In this document: piece by piece, positions 1 to 13,414 of the stretch
How positions within the stretch are numbered: the stretch's first letter is position 1
Layout of the letters: each line of letters starts with the position of its first letter
Made by a program: the position numbers and the translations under genes
The notes under the pieces: model-generated
What the model was told of the DNA's origin: nothing
Seen by the model: only the letters and a program-made list of their open reading frames with translations
The model's database searches: none
Source: Octopus vulgaris
Lineage: Eukaryota
DNA length: 64,000 nt
Assembly: GCA_951406725.2 (NCBI GenBank)
Contig: OX597826.1
Span: forward strand, 80,786,001-80,850,000
Reading direction: 5' to 3'

Positions 1-75
<75 letters not shown>

Positions 76-119
76 GGTGGTGGTGGTGATGGTGGTGGTG
101 GTGGTGGTGGTGGTGGTAA

Positions 120-169
<50 letters not shown>

Positions 170-700
170 TTGGTGGTGGTGGTGGTGGTGGTTTCTTTAT
201 TTGCTACTATAGTGATTAAACGAAAGGACGTGAGAGCAGCTTCTCTAAGCAATGTGAGCTTTATTTTATCGATCTTGAAATGAATTAAGGGCAAAGTTGA
301 CTGCAACCAGATATAAACTCAGAATTTTAGAAAATCACAGACATTTTGTTCGACGCTCTACTGATTTTGCTAATCTACCGTGAATGTGTGAAATCTGCTC
401 CTGACTCAAGTGGGTGTTTATAATCCAATGAAACCGTTTGTTCCAATATTTCCCGAATAACGCTGGAATGGTAGAAACAGCAAATTACCAGCGAAATTAC
501 TTCTGTGAAAAACCTTTTTACTGGGTTCGAATATCTCTCAAACATATTCAAACTGGTATCTACTTATGAATTTACTACGGCGTGGCTGCCAAAGTGCGCC
601 GCCAATAATTAATTTGATTGTTTGGAGGAGGGGGGGTGGCTTATTTTTCTAATTAGAGAAACCTAGTTTGTTAGTTCAGAGCTGCTTCTCTTTGGTATCT

Positions 701-740
701 GGTGCTGAGGAGAAGATAGCCACTTCGAAATGCATGCATC
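701..740 (+). ncRNA. Minimal type I hammerhead ribozyme motif, probably inactivated (H17 = G)
   Basis: ggtg-CTGAGGA-gaag atagcca cttc-GAAA-tgca-TG-catc. Stem I is ggtg/catc, stem II is gaag/cttc, and stem III is the palindrome ATGCAT. Confidence 0.6.
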
Positions 741-1039
741 CAATATTCCAAAAAGCGACGCTCTGAACTCACCATAGTGTTCTTACACCATTTTATCTTC
801 AGCGACAATATTTCTCCATGTCAAACTACAGCGAAAGCCTTTTTTCGGGTTCAAATATCTTTCAGCATGTTTGAACTAACATCAAGTTACAGTATTTTAT
901 CTCTCTCTACATTTTCAAAATTCAAAGCTCCACTTTGGCGTGCATCCATTCGATGGTTCTTAACTCTTATTTATTTATTCTCGTGTTTCGATATATTTTT
1001 GTTTCTTCACATTTTGTCACATTCTTCGTTATCTTTTAT

Positions 1040-1430
1040 TTTTACTTGTTTCATTCAATGGACTGCGTCCATGCTGGGGCACCACCTTGAAGAATTTTAA
1101 TCCAATGATTTGGCCCCAGTACTTGTTTTTTAAGGCTTGGTATTTATTCTGTCTGTGCCTTTGTCAAACTGCTTAGTTCCGGGGACGTAAACACACCAAC
1201 ACCGGTCATCAAGCGGTGGTAGGAGGCAAACACAATCACAAAGACACACACGCACATATATATATTCGACGGACTTCTTTCAGTTTCCGTCTACCAAATC
1301 TACTCACAAAACTTTGGTCAAACTGAGACTATAGTAGAAGACACTTACCCAAAGTGCCATTCAATGGGACTGAACCTGGAACCATGTGGTTGGGAAGCAA
1401 GCTTCTTACCAAACAGCTACATCTGCGCCT
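1040..1430 (-). mobile_element. tRNA-derived SINE, family B (CORE-like domain, internal microsatellite)
   Basis: Diverged reverse-complement match to the copy at 47053-47450 (tRNA-like head, ggcactttgggtaagtgtctt core). Confidence 0.75.
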
Positions 1431-2779
1431 GCCAGTTGATTCTTTGTTATATTCTGGGTTCTTCACAATTTATCTTAATACTGACTCTTCGTTTTTGTTC
1501 AAACCTGATTTCCAGTCGTTGGCTCCACACTCAGATATCTGTTCACTTAAGATCCGGCTGGGTTAACGGTTCGTTTTGGTCGACCACATGACACATGATC
1601 ATGGTAGACAAGGAGACCTTGACTGACTTGGACCATTCGCTCGGGAGGACCCGGAAATATACTGATAAATGGTGTATGCAGCAAAGCGTTGTTTTTTTCT
1701 TTCTTTTTCTACTGTTTTTTGGTTTTGCATTTAATTCTTCGCTTTGTTCATATTCATAGTTGTTCCGCTGACATATTGTTTATTCCACTTTGTGTAAATT
1801 TTTAATTCTTCTTCTTTAATTAATTATATTCTTCGTCTTTCATATTTAGATAAACTCATCATTCTTCATCATAGTTTATATTCTTAGTTTTGCTCGTTCA
1901 GTTATGTATTTTTTTTTTCCTTCGTAGTTTATCATTCTTCGACGAAAAACGTTCATATCAGAATATAATCGCATTCTTAGTAGAATTCTTTTGCTGTCTT
2001 GTGTGGTTATCCTCATCTTAGCTTATATTGTTAGTTCTTTATCTTGGATTTTCTTTTCGTTTCTTGGTGTTCAGTTACTCTTCATTGTTTGCTATCAGCT
2101 TCTTTCCTCATTTCGTTTATATTATTTCTTCATCTTTTGTTGCGTAGTTTCTTCCACGTTTTTGTTTCGTTCTCAGTTCTTCGTTTTCTTATAGTGTTAA
2201 TTATCCAGCTTTGATTGGGTTATTGTTTGTTCGTCTGCATTCGATGTTCGTCATCAACATTCTGCTTATCTTCCTGTTTTATAATCTCCGTTTCTCAATA
2301 ATGGCTAAAATTTTAGATCTTCATGTTTGGGTTTTGTTTTTCTTTTTCTCTTCGCGATTTTTCCTGTATCATTAAATACTTGTTTCGTAATTTTTTCTTA
2401 TTCTTAATTGTATATATCTAGGGATATTCTCCGTTGTTAATCTTTGTTCGGTACTATAAATACGTGATTAGGATGTCGTAGGAAAGTATCGCAAGGCAGA
2501 ACCTCCAGCCCCAACGAACCGGTATCGGACGTAGGATTAGACCAAGAACGAGGTAGTTTTAGAGTATCCCTAGTGTCAGTTGGTCACGCTTGGAAATTCG
2601 GCAGGACAGTCAAATGACCGTTACTTTTGACAGGGCTTTAAGTAGAAAAAAAATAATCCTTTTCTACTATAAGCATAAAGCTTGGGATTTTAGGGGACAG
2701 GGGCCTAGTCGATTGCATCGACACCAGTGTTTGACCAGTACTTTATCTACCCAGGGATGGCAGGCGAAATTTTCCCCAA

Positions 2780-2825
2780 GACACCTGATGAAGGCTGGAG
2801 GGTATATCAGCCGAAACGTTGTGTT
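2780..2825 (+). ncRNA. Minimal type I hammerhead ribozyme
   Basis: gacac-CTGATGA-a-ggctg gagggtatat cagcc-GAAA-cg-TT-gtgtt. The core is canonical, stems I and II are 5 bp, and stem III is the palindrome ACGT, as in Penelope-associated HHRs. Confidence 0.8.
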
Positions 2826-2942
2826 AACAACAAACAAAATGAGGACAAATATCCATCAAATGTAAATAATGTACATAATTCCTCATCTCTTAAATATAGA
2901 ACTGTATTATCTAATGCAATATTTCTGTTTCCACAATCGTGA

Positions 2943-3266
2943 AGGCACGTGGCTTAATAGTCAGTGTATTCGGCTCACAATCGTAAAGGTCGTGAGTTCG
3001 CTAACTGGCGATGCGTTGTGTCTTCGAGCGAGACACTTTATTTGATGTTGCTCCAGTCCACTCAGCTGGAAAAAAAATTGAGTTGTATCTGCATTTCAAA
3101 GAACCAACCATGTCACATTCTGTGTCGTGCTGAATTTTGCTGAGAACAACGTTAAGGTTACGCGTGACTGCGGAGTGCTCAGCCACTTGCATGTTAATCT
3201 CACAAGCAGGCTGATCCGTTGATCGGATCAACTGGAACACCCATCGTCGAAACCGACGGAGCGCCA
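2943..3266 (+). mobile_element. tRNA-derived SINE, family C
   Basis: A/B-box-like head (gtggcttaatagtc...gtgagttcgct) followed by gttgtgtcttcgagcgagacact. Related copies lie at 3459-3575(-), 16570-16780, 40270-40650(-), 49410-49690 and 62468-62750. Confidence 0.7.
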
Positions 3267-3696
3267 GTTCTTACAATCGCAATAACAGAAAAGCAACATA
3301 CAGTAATGTCTTCCGGGATCCTGTGAATCCACCAATAAAGAAAGCCTTGGAATTTGGTGAATTGCTTATTCGATAAAATGAATCCCTTGTTTTATTTCCT
3401 GAAAGGTTGCCTATAAGTTTGGGAAACACCGAACCAAACCAATTTATACCGAGAAAAGTGGCACTCCATCGGTTACGACGATGAGGGTTCCAGTTGATCC
3501 GATCAACGGAACAGTCTGCTCGTGAAATTAACGTGCACAAGCAGCTGAGGACTCCATACACACGTGTACCTTTAACATGTATACATATACATATATATAT
3601 ATATATCTCCTTCTTCCATTTTCCTGAGCGCCTAATAATATTAATACTGTAATTGTTCCACGTGTTGTTGTTTTTTCTGTTTTCCCGTTTGGATTA

Positions 3697-3769
<73 letters not shown>

Positions 3770-3839
3770 TACTAATACAGGATGAAGTTTTTTTACAGAA
3801 AAAAGTGGCAGCATATTAAAATACCTTTAAAGGTTAAAA

Positions 3840-4361
3840 TTATAAACAAGGGCAAAAGAAAAATATTTCTATGCCAATATGCTGATAACAGACTTTTAAA
3901 TCGTCAATTTCCACATATTATTATACCCACTACAGAAATACGTTGTGCTGAAATCGAGAAAAGCCAGCCAACAGAATTTTTTAAAAAAAGTTCGTTATTT
4001 CTATATTGAATCAATTTCGGAATTAATCTCATAATAGATTTTTTCCTCTTCAGTAGAAAATACGAAATAGAAATAAATGAAATACTTACATGCGCCCATG
4101 GAAAAAAAGCCGAAGCAAAAGTCATGTGTACACATAAGTACCCCAGAAGAGGTAAAAAATCTATTATGAGATTAATTCCGAAATTGATTCAATATAGAAA
4201 TAACGAACTTTAAAAAAAATTCTGTTGGCTAGCTTTCCTCGATTTCAGCACAACGTATTTCTGTAGTGGGTATATAATAATATGTGGAAATTGACGATTT
4301 AGAAGTCTGTTATCAATATATTGGCATAGAAATAATTTTTTGTTTTTGTCCTTGTTTATAA
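3840..4361. mobile_element. Fold-back palindromic element in (TA)n carrying a hammerhead
   Basis: Arms at about 3840-4053 and 4144-4361 are reverse complements with few differences, separated by a spacer of about 90 bp. (TA)n lies on both sides. Confidence 0.85.
3991..4066 (-). ncRNA. Type I hammerhead ribozyme
   Basis: Minus strand reads ttcgtattttcta-CTGAAGA-ggaa aaaatctattatgagattaa ttcc-GAAA-ttga t tcaa-TA-tagaaataacgaa. Stem I pairs at 11/13 positions, stem II is ggaa/ttcc plus aatct/agatt, and stem III is near-palindromic. Confidence 0.8.
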
Positions 4362-4362
4362 G

Positions 4363-4429
<67 letters not shown>

Positions 4430-4545
4430 TACATACATAACTTGGGTTACAGGACTACTATGAAAATTATACTCTCATTTTTTAAATGATAGAATGGCGA
4501 CGTAGGTGATGTTGGTTGAGAATGTTGGTATAGTTGTGATTATCA

Positions 4546-4800
4546 TTGATGATGATGATGATGATGATGATGAGGAGGAGGAGGAGGAGGAGGAGGAGGG
4601 GAGGAGGAGGAGGAGGGGAGGAGGAGGAGACGAATAACAAGAAGAAAAAGAAGAAGAAGAAGAAGAAGAAGAAGAAGAAAAGAAGAAAAAGAAGAAAAAG
4701 AAGAAGAAAAAGAAGAAGAAGAAGAAGAAGAAGAAGAAGAAGAAGAAGAAGAAGAAAAAGAAGAAGAAGGTGGCGGCGATGATGATGATGATGATTGTAG
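4546..4800. repeat. Compound trinucleotide microsatellite (GAT)n(GAG)n(AAG)n
   Basis: Visible directly. It produces the poly-M/R/K pseudo-ORFs. Confidence 0.95.
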
Positions 4801-4911
4801 TGGTGGTAGTGATGGAATGGTTATGACAACAACGACGACAAGGAAGGGGAGGAGGGGAAGCTGAAACCCGTTATCCATGTAATTAATAGATTTTGCGTGC
4901 GCGCGCGCGTT

Positions 4912-4951
<40 letters not shown>

Positions 4952-5013
4952 TGTGCCTGTCGCAGAGAAGATAAAAAACAATGCAAATCAACATTTTAGA
5001 ACAAAAGGAAATG

Positions 5014-5063
<50 letters not shown>

Positions 5064-5220
5064 GAGGGAAAGAAAGAAGGAAAGTGTAGCTATAAGTAGA
5101 AGATTCCCAAGGGCCCCGCAGATCTTAATGGAATCAGTTACAGCTGTGGTTCCATCTTGGCAATACTATTTTAAATTTCATTTCAGCCTTTGTTTCAACG
5201 TAGTAGTGGTAGTAGTAGTG

Positions 5221-5279
<59 letters not shown>

Positions 5280-5757
5280 TTCAAGAACCAATTTATAAAC
5301 CGAAAACGACCCCGCTGGTCACCAAACTCTAGAAGACAGATCTAAATTTAACGATACATATTTATCTAACGAAATAATATATTACACCAGACACTATCGA
5401 TTTTTTTTCCAGTGATTTTATTATTATTTTTTTTAATTTACTTCTTTTAATTTATTTGTTCTTCACAGTTTCAGGTTGAAATTTGAAATTTTCCTCGTTT
5501 ACTCGTCCTTTCATAAATTCTCCACAGAAAGAAGATGCTGTCGAAATCACCTGGCATAACGTCATATCTTCTGGGTTATTTGTGAATTTATTTATTAAAT
5601 TTTTAAATACTTTTTGTGGCTAACAGGCGAGGACATGGTCGTGTGGTTAAAATGCTTGCTTCTCGATCATGTGGTTCCTGGTTCGGTCTCAGAGGAAATT
5701 TGAGCAAGTGTCTTCAACTGGTTGAAAACCAAATTTCTTATTACACAGCAGCGCCTA

Positions 5758-5796
<39 letters not shown>

Positions 5797-5869
5797 CTAA
5801 GGTTTTGGCTGCTATTTCTAAACTTCGGTATGTAGTAAAGCAAATATTTGCTGAACCCTAATTATTAAG

Positions 5870-5956
<87 letters not shown>

Positions 5957-6948
5957 TCAAAGAGAGGGAGAGGGAGAGATTAATGGATAGATAGAGAGAT
6001 AAACAGAGCAAGAGAGAGTGAGAGTGAAAAGCCGAGAGAGAAAATAAGGAAGAAACAAATTTAGAAAGGACAAATATGAAAGACCAGTACGAAGAATTCA
6101 ACAAGAAACTGAAGAAAAACCGAACGGAAGACCTGATAAAGCACAAGCTATAAAAAAAAATAGAAGAAACAAATTTGTAGGAACAAACAACGAAGTATTC
6201 AATGAAGCGGTTATGAAGAAATGAAGACGTTGTGGCAGTTTTATAAGAAAAGTATTTTGCCACAGAAAAAGCTATAAGATGGATGTTTCAAAAAGAGTTG
6301 TTACAAAAGCAGACTACCGCTTTCAATGAGACGAGAGCTTTCTCCTTTCTTACGGTCTCTTGTGAATGCTCTTGAAAATATCCATATCACTGAAACTTCA
6401 AAGAAAACCCAAGTCGTACAATTCGTCTTTATCATTAATGAGAACGTAGAATTATTCAGAGCTTCCTGGAAGTGGATCTTACAGTTTCAAAGTACGCTAT
6501 CAAATGTAAGATGATTTAAAAGTCCCTTTAAGTATTAATATAAACCAGCTTACAGCAGTGGTCAGTTGGTGCCAGTAGATGTTCTTGATACACATTTCGC
6601 CACCTCCTCTCTTTCTCCTTTCTTCAAACATCTCACTTCCACTTCCTTTCTATAGCCTTCATCAACCTCCGCCACCGTATTCAAAACCCTCCACAGACCG
6701 CCGTTGACTACCACAGCTCCATGGCTCGTGGCCTCCAGAGTTGTACTATAAAATACACTGTAAATATGCTATAAAACGGTAATTAAGTCACTAATTAATA
6801 GCAACAGAAAATGTATTAATACCAAAAGGTATTAAAGCAGATGTGTTAGAAAACAGAATACTACGATGGTTACCATGAAGGAACTTCTCATATGGACGTG
6901 TGGTGTATATAACCACTTGTGTTTACATCAGTAGCGGGAGATAATCAT

Positions 6949-6994
6949 CCGCTATCACCGTGATTTCGGCCTTCTTTGGCCTTGTCAATGGTAG
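6949..6994 (-). ncRNA. Hammerhead-like motif with U3-A8 compensated core and weak stem I
   Basis: Minus strand reads ctacca-TTGACAA-ggcc aaagaa ggcc-GAAA-tcac g gtga-TA-gcgg. Stems II and III are good, but stem I pairs poorly. Confidence 0.45.
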
Positions 6995-7221
6995 ACGTCC
7001 AAAGCTAGAAATCGTAACAAGATTCCTCCACCAGCGCTCCCATTAGCAATATCAACATGAGATCTTATATGCACCAAAAGTCCATGCGAGAGGTTCTCTC
7101 AAGGTAAATAATCCAGTACACACTTTTAAGTAGGGGTTAAAATAACCTTTGGCAATTAAATCAGTTTAATAACTCTCAAGAATACCAGGTAATGTTTACA
7201 CGGTTAAAATGCAATTTGGGA

Positions 7222-7436
7222 AGGCGGCGAGCTGGCAGAAACATTAGCACGCCGGTCGAAATGCTTAGCTGTATTTCGTCTGCCGTTACGTTCTGAGTTC
7301 AAATTCCGCCGAGGTCGACTTTGTCTTTCATCCTTTCGGAGTCGATAAATTAAGTGCCAGTTGCGTACTGGGGTCGATCTAATCGGCTGGCCCCTCCCCC
7401 AAAATTTCGGGCCTTCTGCCTAGAGTAGGAAAGAAT
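7222..7436 (+). mobile_element. tRNA-derived SINE, family A, with target-site duplication
   Basis: Head ggcggcgagctggcaga...gagttcaaattcc and body tttcatcctttcggagtcgataaattaagt. Flanked by atgcaatttggg / atgcagtttggg. Confidence 0.85.
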
Positions 7437-8029
7437 ATGCAGTTTGGGGAGGGTTTAAGAAATGCAAGTAAAATGACCGCAAGTGATGGCAACGGCCGCG
7501 CATTATAAGAACCGACGAGAAGCTTCAATTTTAATAATAGTATCCTTCATTTTGCCGAATTCACATCTCTTACTTGCATCTTCTAGTGATATCCGAAGTA
7601 TTTCAGAACTAGCAGTTGAGGTACACCATTCCAATGTACCCAGCAACGAAAATCACAAATAAAGTATTACGGTGGCTTGCTTTATTTACATCGTGTCTTA
7701 ATAGATGTATTTAGCGATTTTGAGACCATTAAAAATAATTGGTGAATCTCCTTTCGACCCTAAAAGATTCTTATATTTTCTCGTAAATGTGATTGGTTTC
7801 ATCTTATATAAAATATATTTACAGTTTTCATGTTATATAATATATCTGAACGCTCTATACATTGACTACATCACATATTGCTTATATGAAACTATTGGCG
7901 TTCACTCTCGTCACTTCCGAGCAATTTACCTTCATTAAATTTCTCAAAGTCCCAAACTGTAACCTTTTTTTCAAGGTGGTGCCCCAACATGGCCGCAGTC
8001 TAATGACTGAAACAAGAGATCAAGCATAC

Positions 8030-8146
8030 ACACAGATGATCCTTGGGGCGTCCAGATGATCTTTGGGTGGGGAGTCCAGATGATCTTTGGGTGGGAGGTT
8101 CAGATGATCCTTGCAGGGGTCCAGATGAGCCTTGGGGTCCAGATAT
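8030..8146 (+). repeat. Tandem repeats of about 20-23 bp (cagatgatc..tggg..gtc), probably internal to a hAT-type MITE
   Basis: Five imperfect units are visible. A matching MITE-like end lies near 9250-9312. Confidence 0.5.
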
Positions 8147-8325
8147 AATAAAAATTTATCAGCAATAAATTCGTTTTACTTCTACAATATTATTTTACTC
8201 GTTTCAGTCATTTGACTGCGGCCATGCTGAAGCACCGCCTTTAGTTGAACAACTCGATCCCAGGACTTATGTGATGGTGGAGGGATAAACACACATACAC
8301 AAACACAAATATTTGTATTTTTATA

Positions 8326-8388
<63 letters not shown>

Positions 8389-8488
8389 GCATATGTATGT
8401 ATAAAGATGAAAAGGAACATACGAGTTGATATATATGAAAAAACAAGTCAGGATATAAAATGCTAAAATAATTTTATAAAGAACATTT

Positions 8489-8524
8489 CAGTACCGGTTT
8501 CAGTCATTGAGACCTTTTCAACTG
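8489..8524 (-). ncRNA. Minimal hammerhead ribozyme (U3-A8 variant), left-arm copy
   Basis: Exact reverse complement of 8803-8838. Confidence 0.7.
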
Positions 8525-8802
8525 TAACAATTAAATAATTAAATTTAGAAAAATTAAAAGAAAAGTTTTTTAAAGGAATATTTGTATAGTGTTCAAATAT
8601 AAGTGGCATTTTCCTTGTTTCTGCCTTTCTCTGTCTCTCTTGTTTACTCTTGTCTCTGTCTCTCTTGTTTACCCACAAGAGTAAACAAGAGACAGAGAAA
8701 GGCAGAAACAAGGAAAATGCCACTTATATTTGAACACTATACAAATATTCCTTTAAAAGAACATTTCTTTTAATTTTTCTAATTTTAATTATTTAATTGT
8801 TA

Positions 8803-8838
8803 CAGTTGAAAAGGTCTCAATGACTGAAACCGGTACTG
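8803..8838 (+). ncRNA. Minimal hammerhead ribozyme (U3-A8 variant)
   Basis: cag-TTGAAAA-ggtc tcaat gact-GAAA-ccgg-TA-ctg. The C3:G8 pair is replaced by U3:A8, and stem III is the palindrome ACCGGT. Confidence 0.7.
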
Positions 8839-8880
8839 AAATGTTCTTTATAAAATTATTTTAGCATTTTATATCCTGAC

Positions 8881-9004
<124 letters not shown>

Positions 9005-9584
9005 GATGGGCTTCTTTTTAATTTTCGTTTACCAAATCCACTCACGAGGCTTTGGTCGGCCCCGGGCTTTAGTAGAAGACACTTACCCAAGGTGCCACGC
9101 AGTGGGACTGAACCCGGAACCATGTGGTTGGGAAGCAAGCTTCTTACCACAAAGCCACGCTACAAAATATTTTATCAATTTTTTCATACAATTCTTAATA
9201 ATATTTAATTAAAAAAATTTAATTGGATTTTTTTTAAGCATCCGATGGCTACGAGGATCCATTCGTGTAAAATAAGAGGAAAAAGGTGTCTATGGGCAAA
9301 ACATGGTTGTCGAACAAAATACCTCGGAGTTTTTCTGCCGACTCTTTATGTTCTGCGTTCAGTTTCCGTTGGAGTCAGCTTTGCCTTTCATTCCTCCTGG
9401 GTCGATAAAATAAGTACCGGACAATTATTGGGGTTAATGGTATTGATTAACCTCCTCCTCTCAAAACTCCGGTCCTTGTGCCCAAACTAGAAACCCGAGG
9501 ATAAAAACTTGCCTTTTCAAATTTCCGGAGATCGTTAAAGCACTCAAACACACACGCACACACACACACACACACACACACGCC

Positions 9585-9647
<63 letters not shown>

Positions 9648-9862
9648 CTTTACTCTTTTACTTGTTTCAGTCATTTGACTGCGGCCATGCTGGAGCACCG
9701 CCTTTAGTCGAGCAACTCGAACCCGGGACTTATTCTTTGTAAGCCCAGTACTTATTCTATCGGTCTCTTTTTGCCGAACCGCTAAGTGACGGGGACATAA
9801 ACACACCAGCATCGGTTGTCAAGCAATGCTAGGGGGACAGACACAGACACACAAACATACAT

Positions 9863-10480
<618 letters not shown>

Positions 10481-11036
10481 ATATATATACATATATACGA
10501 CGGGCTTCTTTCAGTTTCCGTCTACCAAATCCACGGCCCGATGTTACAGTAGAAGACACTTGCCCAAGGTGCCACGCAGTGGGACTGAACCCGGAACCAT
10601 GTGGTTGGTAGGCAAGCTACTTACCACACAGCCACTCCTGCGCCTATAAATTTTATGCGAGATTATTTTATATTGCAACTTTACAAGTAAACATTCCTCT
10701 GCGTTTTTTTGTTTTTTGTTTTAGTTTTCTGTCTGCTGACTGTTCTCTGTTCGTTAAAAGTCAAGAAACAGCACGTTCTCTTCTTAAGCACGATCTGCCC
10801 TCATAATTGCATAAAGCTACAATTACATCTTTAATTAATGCGCGCTGCTATCAATAAATATATCATATCAACAAGAACAAACTTTGTTAGATTCTGCTGT
10901 TGTTGTTGTTGTTTGTTTTTTGTTTGTTTTCTGTTGTTTTTGTAGTCTTCTTTTGCCTCAACAAAATGTCTGATAAATGTTATCGAATCAAGGTCGAATG
11001 TCTTCATGCGCTTCCTAAGACTGATGGTACGACTAC

Positions 11037-11100
<64 letters not shown>

Positions 11101-11107
11101 CTCTATC

Positions 11108-11145
<38 letters not shown>

Positions 11146-11427
11146 AGTCTGCCTATCTATCTCTCTTTCCCCCCTCTCTCTCTCTCTCTCTCTACCTATC
11201 CCTCATTCCTACTCGCAATCACGTCTGCTCCATCTGCACGTATTTCCCTTTCTTGATCTGCGTCTTTCTCGCCCGACATTGATTCTATTTTCCCAATTTT
11301 CTGTCTTCTTTTTGCTCTCTCCTTTCTCTCCTTGTTTGTCTTTAACATATCTTTCATGCAAAACTTCTCTCTTTCAACTCTCTCTTTCACACTCACACAT
11401 CTTTATAAACACACACCAAAAGATGCA

Positions 11428-11475
<48 letters not shown>

Positions 11476-11695
11476 ATGGCACTGATAGAGCAAATACCAG
11501 GCTTTAGAAACAAAAAGATACTGGGCTCGATTCAGCATGGCCACTGTCTAATGACTGAAACAAATAAAAGAAAATAAAAGATCTCCGACGATGATCCAGC
11601 TTCCAGTTGTCAAACGTTCAGAAAACTCTGGATACGTGATGTCAGCAGGAGCGGCAGAGCAAAAAGACTCCCATAATCATTGTATTATTTATATA

Positions 11696-12207
11696 CCATA
11701 AATCTTAGAGTATAGTCCGCCCTTGAGTATAATACGCAGGGGATTTTTAGGGGGCTGTACCTCTGAAAAACCTAACCCTTGTGTATAATACGCACCCCTT
11801 CTCTAACTTGAGTCAAGGAGGTCTATATAACATCCTTGATTTGTAAAAATGTATACGTTAAAGTCCTTAATTATTATTGTGTATATAATATAATGCAAAC
11901 GTGTAGCTTTTTTGTGCATTTTGTTTGCAGATAATAAAGGAATAACAGTAATAACATTTAATAAATGTTGCTTACTGCAAGTTATGGATGATTCTTTTAT
12001 GACTTCATTGCTTTCAGGCTTAGCTTAAGGTATTTTCGCGCCCGACATCACAAAATGCGTCTGAATAAACATTGCCGGACAGCAAATAGAGACTCAGACA
12101 TTGCTTAGAAAATACTTTTCATTTTTAACCTCGTGTATAATACGCACTAAGGATTTTGACCTTTAAATTTTGGGGAAAAAATGCGGATTATACTCGAGGA
12201 TTTACAG
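11696..12207. mobile_element. Non-autonomous Tc1/mariner (Tc2/pogo-like) MITE
   Basis: Imperfect TIRs ccataaatcttagagtatagtccgc / gcggattatactcgaggatttacag, TA on both sides, and internal repeats of gtataatacgca. Confidence 0.75.
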
Positions 12208-12213
12208 TACGTC

Positions 12214-12612
12214 AAGGTGGCAAACTGACAGAATCGTTAGCACGCCGGGCGAAATGCTTAGCGGTATTTCGCCTGCCGCTACGTTCTGAGTTCAAATTCC
12301 GCCGAGGTCAACTTCGCCTTTCATCCTTTCGGGGTCGATTAAATAAGTACCAATTACGCACTGGGGTCGATATAATCGACGCAAACCGTTTGTCTGTCCT
12401 TGTTTGTCCTCTCTGGTGTTGCCCCTTATGGGCAGTAAAGAAGTAGTTATTTCGTCTGACGTTACGTTCTGAGTTCAAATTACGCCGAGGTCGACTTTGT
12501 TTTTCATCCTTTCGGGGTCGATAAATTAAGTACAAGTTGCGTAGTGGGGTCGATCTAATCGACTGCCCCCTCCCAAAAAATTTCGGGCCTAATGCCTAGA
12601 GTAGAAAAGATT
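12214..12612 (+). mobile_element. Two adjacent or nested SINE family A copies
   Basis: The SINE A body occurs twice (12214-12445 and 12446-12612) with two different 3' tails. Confidence 0.8.
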
Positions 12613-12986
12613 ATTTGTATACGTCGAAGTGTAGAAATTGATCATTTGCAGTATTAACTGGAGCATTAAGAAAAGATATATGCAGTAAATTTATTTTGTA
12701 AAAAAAAAAACTTTACAAGCGTTCTCGAATTATTGAAATTAGCATTAAAAGTGGAATTTAAAATTAACTCAAGATGAACTTACGACTGTCATAATAAGTA
12801 ATTACAGAAATAAATACTTAGTAATTATAACGAAAATATTTTTGTGTAAAGCAATTTGCGGAAAGACGCATAGAAGTAGTTTTTACGAAATCACTTTGAA
12901 AAATATTTTATAGAGCAACTAACATTATGACCCGTCGTTGCCGGGTCATAGTGCTAGTGCATGTATATATGTGTATATATATATGT

Positions 12987-13078
<92 letters not shown>

Positions 13079-13414
13079 ATATTACATGTACATCTATATA
13101 TATATACATCTACACATAAAATACAAAATACAAAGTTATATCTTGATATCGCTAGTGATAACAATACTCAAAATATATAACAGACTGGAATTGTAGGCCC
13201 GTCTCTTGCAATTTCGATCAATTGTATCTTGTCCTCCCTCTTGTATAGAAGTGTGGCTACAATCCAACCTACCTCTGCTTCTGGGGGGACATTTTTTTAA
13301 TTTTTATCCGGGACGTCCTACGTCTCAGATATAAAGGTAAAAATAAAATATTTCCACTTTGCAAGGTTCGAGTCGAGTACTCCCTTGCACGCTCCGTTGA
13401 CTTGAACCTTGCTT

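Noticed and set aside
7222-7300. tRNA gene
   Set aside because: The A/B boxes belong to multi-copy SINE heads with TSDs, and no full cloverleaf is evident.
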